Shown here: piece by piece, positions 7,859 through 12,172 of the stretch
How positions within the stretch are numbered: the first letter of the stretch is position 1
How the letters are laid out: the number at the start of each line of letters is the position of its first letter
Virus record (IMG/VR): IMGVR_UViG_3300005936_000004
DNA length: 12,526 nt
Direction: 5' to 3' (one strand)
Source: a virus
Notes under the pieces: model-generated
Database searches by the model: none
What the model saw: the letters and a program-made list of their open reading frames with translations, nothing else
What the model was told of the DNA's origin: nothing
Position numbers and translations under genes: made by a program

Positions 7859-7864
7859 AATACT

Positions 7865-7987
7865 ATGAAAACAAAAACAAGTGAAATTAAATGCAAAAAA
7901 TGCAAACACAAATGGATAACTAAAAGCAAACTAGGAATTCTTATTTGTGCTAGTTGTGGGAGCAAAGTTAAAAATGAAAACAATTAA
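7865..7987 (+). CDS. 4-Cys zinc-ribbon protein (40 aa)
   Basis: I prefer the ATG at 7865 over the track start 7805, which would run through the promoter. Translation is MKTKTSEIKCKKCKHKWITKSKLGILICASCGSKVKNENN, with CxxC-x17-CxxC. Confidence 0.6.
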   Translation: MKTKTSEIKCKKCKHKWITKSKLGILICASCGSKVKNENN

Positions 7988-8147
7988 AGAATATTTGGAT
8001 AAAGCAGTATTATCAGAATTAGAAGCTGGATACGTAACAGCATTAAAAGATGTCTTAGCGTTGATTGATGAAATAACACCTGTACATATAAGGATGGGTA
8101 GTAATACCACAGCAATTAGAGAACTAAAAAAGAGGATTGAAGGATGA
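7974..8147 (+). CDS. Hypothetical small helical protein (57 aa)
   Basis: I prefer the ATG at 7974; the track start 7947 is a GTG. The gene overlaps the zinc-ribbon gene by 14 nt. Confidence 0.5.
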   Translation: MKTIKEYLDKAVLSELEAGYVTALKDVLALIDEITPVHIRMGSNTTAIRELKKRIEG

Positions 8148-8181
8148 CATATTTAATTGATGACAATGGAGGTATAACAAA

Positions 8182-8547
8182 ATGATATTAGAATTAAGCG
8201 GAGACTACCTAAAAGCAGAAGATGTTAAAGGTGGCGAAATAGTTACGTTTAGAGATGCGGGTGTAGGAGCAGAACTAACAAGCCCAGAGGGAAAGGTTAA
8301 GAAAGTTATTAACTTTAAAATTGAACTAGGCGATAAAGCTAAGAGCTACACACCAAACAGAACAGCTTTAGAGTTGTTTGTAAAGGCTTGGGGTAAAGAC
8401 ACTAGTGTTTGGATTGGTAAGCAATTCAAGATTAACTTAATTAAGGTTAATGTGTTTGGAACTCTTAAGGATAGCATAGCGCCAGAGATATTGGCTGGTG
8501 AACAAGCACCAATAAACACTCAAACCGTAGAAACTGTTAAGATGTAG
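8182..8547 (+). CDS. Hypothetical protein (121 aa), beta-rich; a possible OB-fold/DNA-binding role is only a guess
   Basis: GGAGGT (8168-8173) lies 8 nt upstream. No motif confidently recognised. Confidence 0.65.
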   Translation: MILELSGDYLKAEDVKGGEIVTFRDAGVGAELTSPEGKVKKVINFKIELGDKAKSYTPNRTALELFVKAWGKDTSVWIGKQFKINLIKVNVFGTLKDSIAPEILAGEQAPINTQTVETVKM

Positions 8548-8754
8548 ATGGATATCACAAAAGAAACAGATATGTTTGAGAGTGGTGCATCTAAGTCAGC
8601 TGTTAAGCTTATCAAGAACTCTAAAGGTATCAACTGGGAGATAAAGGTTGTTGCTGGTGAAGAGCATTTGATTGAGGGTTTAAAGATGATTGCGTTGAAG
8701 ATGCACAGAGAGTTAGAAGAAGACTTATTGGATAGCAATCTAATGCTAAAGTAA
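8548..8754 (+). CDS. Hypothetical protein (68 aa)
   Basis: The ATG directly follows the previous TAG. This is the last gene before the large noncoding region. Confidence 0.55.
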   Translation: MDITKETDMFESGASKSAVKLIKNSKGINWEIKVVAGEEHLIEGLKMIALKMHRELEEDLLDSNLMLK

Positions 8755-8766
8755 ATTATTATTAAG

Positions 8767-8781
8767 CCCTCACTTAGAGGG
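8767..8781 (+). terminator. Short hairpin after the last early gene (possible terminator element)
   Basis: ccctc (8767-8771), loop actta, gaggg (8777-8781), 13 nt after the stop at 8754. No T tract follows, so terminator function is uncertain. Confidence 0.3.
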
Positions 8782-8897
8782 TATATGGGGATGAGGGGTT
8801 TAATCACCTCCTCACCTCTTTACAAAGCTAGGCTAAGCGTAGTGTATTACTCCTGCAACACAGCAGGCTCTGGCGATGGCTTTATTAAGCTGTGATG

Positions 8898-8925
8898 CTT
8901 TAGCTCAGCGTACGCTGAGCTAAAG
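8898..8925. repeat. Perfect 28-bp palindrome
   Basis: ctttagctcagcgt / acgctgagctaaag. The two 14-nt halves are exact reverse complements with no spacer. Confidence 0.95.
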
Positions 8926-9095
8926 AGATTATAGCTTAGTAACTACGTCTGGCTTGGGATTTGCAGGTTTGTAGTGTGTAAAGAATATTAACGCTGTGCT
9001 TATGCTGTGCTGGTGAGTATTAACCTTTTATAGATTCCAATCTACTTAAAGCTACTGCCTCAAACTAGTGAGCAACGCTAGGAAGTTCCTGCGCT

Positions 9096-9123
9096 AATAG
9101 GCTAGTGCAAGCACTAGCTTATT
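9096..9123. repeat. Inverted repeat: GCTAGTGC-AA-GCACTAGC, extended to 13 pairs with one G-T
   Basis: 9101-9108 is the exact reverse complement of 9111-9118. The flanks aatag / cttatt extend the pairing. Confidence 0.9.
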
Positions 9124-9132
9124 CTATTCCAC

Positions 9133-9153
9133 GCAAGCCAGTGTTGGGCTTGC
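9133..9153. repeat. Hairpin, 7-bp perfect stem (gcaagcc / ggcttgc), 7-nt loop
   Basis: Read directly from the sequence. Confidence 0.85.
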
Positions 9154-9163
9154 TTCCCAACCC

Positions 9164-9185
9164 GCTAAGCTGTGCTGTGCTTAGC
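9164..9185. repeat. Hairpin, 7-bp perfect stem (gctaagc / gcttagc), 8-nt loop containing GCTGTGCT repeats
   Basis: Read directly. GCTGTGCT also occurs at 8993-9000 and 9004-9011. TAAGCTGTG occurs at both 8886-8894 and 9166-9174. Confidence 0.85.
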
Positions 9186-9265
9186 TCCCCATAGCCCCAC
9201 CCCTCCATCCCTCCCTCCCTCCTTCCTTCCTATGCGATTATTGGCTTCTCTTCTCTCTTCTTATC
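9184..9265. repeat. Polypyrimidine (+) / polypurine (-) tract with G-quadruplex / i-motif potential
   Basis: C runs of 3-4 occur at 9187-9190, 9195-9198, 9200-9203, 9209-9211, 9213-9215 and 9217-9219, separated by 1-5 nt. The CT-rich stretch then continues to about 9265. Confidence 0.85.
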
Positions 9266-9282
9266 TAGGAGCCCAGCCACAG

Positions 9283-9326
9283 ATTTTATAATTTTAAAGG
9301 ATTAGATTTTAAAATATTATATATAT
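9283..9326. other. AT-rich block (candidate DNA unwinding element)
   Basis: Only 3 of 44 bases are G/C. It contains agatttta twice (9281-9288 and 9304-9311). Confidence 0.5.
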
Positions 9327-9494
9327 GTGTGTTCACCAGCTAGAGCCTAACACCTCACCAGCGAAGTGCTATAAACTAGCATAGCATAACAGACCCCCAA
9401 CTCGCCGAGCGTTCGAGGCGTCAGATGGTTTATGCGTCCCTTGACCAAATTTTGAGAAGGTAGGAATCACCTTTTAACACAAACACACATATAT
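9321..9494. repeat. 13-bp perfect inverted repeat (atatatgtgtgtt / aacacacatatat) bracketing a 148-nt GC-rich core
   Basis: 9321-9333 is the exact reverse complement of 9482-9494. The enclosed 9334-9481 contains local hairpins at 9367-9372/9381-9386 and 9455-9461/9469-9475. Confidence 0.85.
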
Positions 9495-9595
9495 TAATTG
9501 ACCAAATAGCCCCTCCTGTTTCATTATTAATTATTAACAAATTACGTTGTCATTAAGGGTTTGATGTAAATACACTTTTAACTTTATTATTTCAC

Positions 9596-9615
9596 CTATC
9601 TTCATTCGAAGATAG
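9596..9615. repeat. Perfect hairpin/palindrome ctatcttc-attc-gaagatag upstream of the 9664 promoter
   Basis: 8-bp perfect stem read directly. It sits in an AT-rich region about 50 nt upstream of the TATA box, so it may be an operator. Confidence 0.8.
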
Positions 9616-9663
9616 TCTTATTAATATTAAATTTTATTTAAAGAAATATGTCCTGAATTATAC

Positions 9664-9676
9664 ATAAGTTTATATA
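9664..9676 (+). promoter_or_regulatory. Candidate archaeal-type promoter (ATAAGTTTATATA) for the packaging/structural operon
   Basis: TTTATATA (9669-9676) ends 22 nt before the ATG at 9699. There is no SD. It nearly matches the element at 7831-7843. Confidence 0.55.
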
Positions 9677-9698
9677 TGAATGATGTTAGACATATATT

Positions 9699-9947
9699 AT
9701 GGCAGGAAGAAGTAGATATTCATTTGCATTAGAGTTTGTTAAACAACTCAAAGGAGAAGGTTATGATGAAATTGGATTAATGAGTCTTAGAGAGAAGATG
9801 ATGATGCACTTAGGTTCTGATGAAAGAACTCTCCAGAAATACGCTCAACTCATGGTTTCAACTAAATTACTTAAAGACATGGGAATAGGGTGTAGATTTA
9901 AGATTATGATTCCTAAAGAAGCTAAGAAAGGGCAAAAGAGATTATAA
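9699..9947 (+). CDS. Putative winged-helix DNA-binding protein (82 aa)
   Basis: The helix-turn-helix-like segment SDERTLQKYAQLMVSTKLLKD is followed by a wing-like MGIGCRFKI and a basic tail. It is the first gene after the noncoding region and lies upstream of the terminase. It could be a regulator, an origin binder or a small-terminase equivalent. Confidence 0.4.
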   Translation: MAGRSRYSFALEFVKQLKGEGYDEIGLMSLREKMMMHLGSDERTLQKYAQLMVSTKLLKDMGIGCRFKIMIPKEAKKGQKRL

Positions 9948-10159
9948 TGGCTAGAAAACAAGTAACGCAAAGGCACCACATCAGCTATCCAGATGAACCC
10001 GCTGGAGAGATATTAGTTACCTTATACAAGGGAGAACACTGGGCTATTACAGTATTAAATAGGCGTAAGAAGAACATGAGTAAGGGCTTTCTAAGGTGTT
10101 TGCAGGAGTATATTGATTCTCACGCGGAGCAGGCGGTGGATTTAGATGCAGAAGCTTGA
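9947..10159 (+). CDS. Hypothetical protein (70 aa) immediately upstream of the terminase
   Basis: TAATG overlap with the previous gene and a 14-nt overlap with the terminase gene. It contains RHHISY...GEHWAI. Any link to His-Me (HNH-like) nucleases or to a small terminase is unverified speculation. Confidence 0.55.
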   Translation: MARKQVTQRHHISYPDEPAGEILVTLYKGEHWAITVLNRRKKNMSKGFLRCLQEYIDSHAEQAVDLDAEA

Positions 10160-11423
10160 GCTGGATAAGTGGCAAAAGGAAGTATTGGCTACGAGTGGTA
10201 ACAAAGCCATATGTTCTGGGCGACAATCTGGTAAATCTACTATTATCTCGCAGGATGGAGGGGAATACGCTGCTAAGAACAAGAACAAGAGTATTATGAT
10301 TATCGCAGCAACAGAGAGACAAGCATTACTTCTATTCGAGAAGGTTTTAAGCTATTTACATGATAATTACAGAAAGATGATACTCTCTGGAGTAGATAGA
10401 CCAACTAAGCATGAGTTGAAGCTAAACAATGGAACTATAATAAGATGTTTGCCAACAGGTGATAGTGGTTATGGTATCAGAGGTTTCACAATCGATAGAT
10501 TATACGCAGATGAAGCAGCTTTTATCTCAGAAGACGTGTGGGCGGCTGTAACGCCTATGCTGGCAACAACTGGGGGGGATATTGTTTTGTTATCTACACC
10601 ATTTGGAGCAACTGGTTATTTTCACAGATGTTTTCATGATAAGAACTTTACATCTTTCCATGTGAACACGGAAGAAGTTGCTCGAGGAAGAGAAGAACCA
10701 CAAAAGAGCAATATGCTAGAGTTCTTGAAAGATGAGAAAGAGAGAATGACTAAGTTACAATATCAGCAGGAATATTTGGGATTGTTTGTTGGTGGAATTA
10801 TGAGACTCTTTGAACCAGAATTAATAGATAAGGTTTGCACTATCACCCCTGGGGCTGTCATCCATCCAGGAGGTGATAACTTCTTAGGAGCAGACATAGC
10901 CCGCCATGGTGGGGATGAAACGGTTTTAATATCAGCTAAACGAAGAGGAGAGATATTAAGAATGTTTGAACTAGACATCCCAGAAGCTCAAGCATTAACA
11001 AACACAGCAAGACTAATGATTCACAAAGACTTTCTCTATGATTACAAGAAGATGTATATTGATGATGGTGGTATGGGGATTGGGGTTTATGATATTCTTT
11101 TTGAAGATGAACAAACTAAAAGAAAAGTTGTAGGGATTAATAACGCTAAACGTAGCATTGATAGATTGAAGGGAGCTGATAAAGATAGGAAAGTTCCAAT
11201 GATGAAAGAAGACCTTTATATGAATTTAAAGAACTTGATGGAGAAAAGTTTGATTGAATTGTTTGATGATGCAAGATTAAAGCAAAGCTTAAAATCTATG
11301 CAATACGAATACTCAGAAGGTGGGAAGTTGATAATCTATGGGAACTACTCCCATATTGCAGAAGCATTGATTAGAGTTGCGTTTGCGATGAAAGACAAAA
11401 CTTTAAAACTTTGGGTGTGTTAA
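10146..11423 (+). CDS. terL: Terminase large subunit
   Basis: 425 aa. Walker A is CSGRQSGKST. Walker B with the catalytic Glu is RLYADEAAF. The coupling motif is VLLSTPFG. The C-terminal RNase H-like nuclease signatures are LGADIARHGGDETVL and MYIDDGGMGIGVYD. GGTGGA lies 5 nt upstream of the ATG. Confidence 0.93.
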   Translation: MQKLELDKWQKEVLATSGNKAICSGRQSGKSTIISQDGGEYAAKNKNKSIMIIAATERQALLLFEKVLSYLHDNYRKMILSGVDRPTKHELKLNNGTIIRCLPTGDSGYGIRGFTIDRLYADEAAFISEDVWAAVTPMLATTGGDIVLLSTPFGATGYFHRCFHDKNFTSFHVNTEEVARGREEPQKSNMLEFLKDEKERMTKLQYQQEYLGLFVGGIMRLFEPELIDKVCTITPGAVIHPGGDNFLGADIARHGGDETVLISAKRRGEILRMFELDIPEAQALTNTARLMIHKDFLYDYKKMYIDDGGMGIGVYDILFEDEQTKRKVVGINNAKRSIDRLKGADKDRKVPMMKEDLYMNLKNLMEKSLIELFDDARLKQSLKSMQYEYSEGGKLIIYGNYSHIAEALIRVAFAMKDKTLKLWVC

Positions 11424-11430
11424 GTAAAAC

Positions 11431-11790
11431 ATGGCATTTACAGGAATAACCGCAACAGAAGCAGAGATTGACCAGAAGACTGGAGCTAATGTAAGCGCTG
11501 CATTTACTGATGTTATGAAAACAGCAGCCCTTCTTCAAGCGGAGAGTGTTGTTAATGGATTCGCGAGATATAATTTCTCTGATAATTGGGGAACCTTAAA
11601 CGTTGATGTGAAATATTTAATCACAAACATAACTGCTTCTATGGTTGCGATTGAAGGGATAGGATATGACTTAGATACTTATGGAAGAACTGTTGCAGAA
11701 GATAAAATAACAATTCTAACAAACGACGTTCAAAGAAACTTATCAATATTGAAAGATAAAAAAGTACAGGACTTTGTAAATGGCGCATGA
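11431..11790 (+). CDS. Hypothetical protein (119 aa); possible head-tail adaptor/connector-type protein
   Basis: Helical; the opening (ITATEAEIDQKTG...MKTAALLQAESVVNGF) is reminiscent of gp6-like connector proteins. This is a weak, memory-based call. Confidence 0.3.
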   Translation: MAFTGITATEAEIDQKTGANVSAAFTDVMKTAALLQAESVVNGFARYNFSDNWGTLNVDVKYLITNITASMVAIEGIGYDLDTYGRTVAEDKITILTNDVQRNLSILKDKKVQDFVNGA

Positions 11791-12172
11791 TTTTAAACGA
11801 TTCCCTGAATTAACAAACAGGCAGATGAACTTATACTATTTTGAAAGCCCACACAAACAGATAACTCAGGACTTTGTAGCTAAGGTTGTGAAAGTAACTG
11901 ATGGAGACACAATAAGAGTTAAGTGGGAAGATAGAGACTTTGACTTTCCTATTCGTTTTATAGATATTGCAGCCCCAGAACTTGATGAGATTGGTGGAGC
12001 TAAAAGCCAGAGTTGGTTGGAGAGTGAGATTTTAGGGGAAGAAGTAACTGTTGTTATGGATAGAAAAAACAGAGTGGAGAAGTGGGGAAGACTTTTAGGA
12101 AGAATATTATTTAGAGGGATTGATATTAATCAAGCAAGCATGAACGGAGGTTTTTCGATAAGATTTGAATAA
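11780..12172 (+). CDS. Staphylococcal nuclease (SNase/thermonuclease) fold nuclease
   Basis: VTDGDTIRV, IRFIDIAAPE, EEVTVVMDRKNRVEKWGRLLGRI and GIDINQASMNGGFS match the SNase family pattern (DGDT...R-x-x-gIDaPE...D-x-yGR-x-L...G-x-diN). It has overlapping starts and stops with both neighbours. Confidence 0.85.
   Translation: MAHDFKRFPELTNRQMNLYYFESPHKQITQDFVAKVVKVTDGDTIRVKWEDRDFDFPIRFIDIAAPELDEIGGAKSQSWLESEILGEEVTVVMDRKNRVEKWGRLLGRILFRGIDINQASMNGGFSIRFE

Larger units (their letters stand above)
8755..9698. other. Large GC-enriched, hairpin-dense noncoding region (candidate ori/pac region and/or structured ncRNA)
   Basis: No ORF of 60 aa or more lies wholly in this region in any frame of the track. 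My hand count gives about 45% G+C for 8761-9480, with 60-nt blocks at 55-58%. Most coding lines I counted were about 28-35%. The region holds many perfect inverted repeats, listed separately. Confidence 0.7.

Noticed and set aside
3151-7973. Upstream track start sites (3151, 3456, 7805, 7947, 2931)
   Set aside because: 3456 and 7947 are GTG codons, and 7805 is a non-ATG track start (the sequence there reads gtgttaaag). 3151 and 2931 are ATGs that cause long overlaps or lack an SD. 7805 would read through the promoter-like TATA box. Downstream ATGs at 3241, 3465, 7865, 7974 and 2946 fit the SD or leaderless spacing better. These start choices remain unverified.
8785-8895. 36-aa ORF inside the noncoding region (MGMRGLITSSPLYKARLSVVYYSCNTAGSGDGFIKL)
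   Set aside because: It has no SD or TATA spacing, it runs through hairpin and palindrome sequence, and its composition is atypical of the other genes. It is most likely fortuitous.
8891-8918. Archaeal C/D-box sRNA (GTGATGC near 8892, CTGA at 8915)
   Set aside because: The C box is imperfect, there is no second C'/D' pair at suitable spacing, and the intervening sequence is the palindrome itself.
8886-9185. CRISPR-like array, suggested by repeated palindromic units
   Set aside because: The hairpins differ in sequence and length and are irregularly spaced. There is no repeat-spacer periodicity.
9392-9425. Possible tRNA or tRNA fragment (attP-like), suggested by GTTCGA at 9411-9416
   Set aside because: The flanks of the GTTCGA do not form a 5-bp T stem (cgagc versus gcgtc are not complementary). 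I could build no acceptor, D or anticodon arms at the required spacings.
9498-9526. Bacterial sigma70-type promoter (TTGACC at 9498-9503)
   Set aside because: The hexamer 17 nt downstream (tcatta) is a poor -10. The TTGACCAAAT decamer is better explained as a direct repeat (also at 9441). The TATA-to-ATG spacing pattern elsewhere is more consistent.
34-10978. Other minus-strand track ORFs (34..219, 134..364, 3177..3449, 4610..4807, 5817..5999, 6034..6294, 8520..8807, 10047..10322, 10763..10978)
   Set aside because: All are short shadows antisense to + strand genes that are recognisable or that fit the + strand's tight stop/start coupling. Their translations are Leu/Ser/Ile/Phe-rich, as expected from reverse-complemented AT-rich coding sequence.
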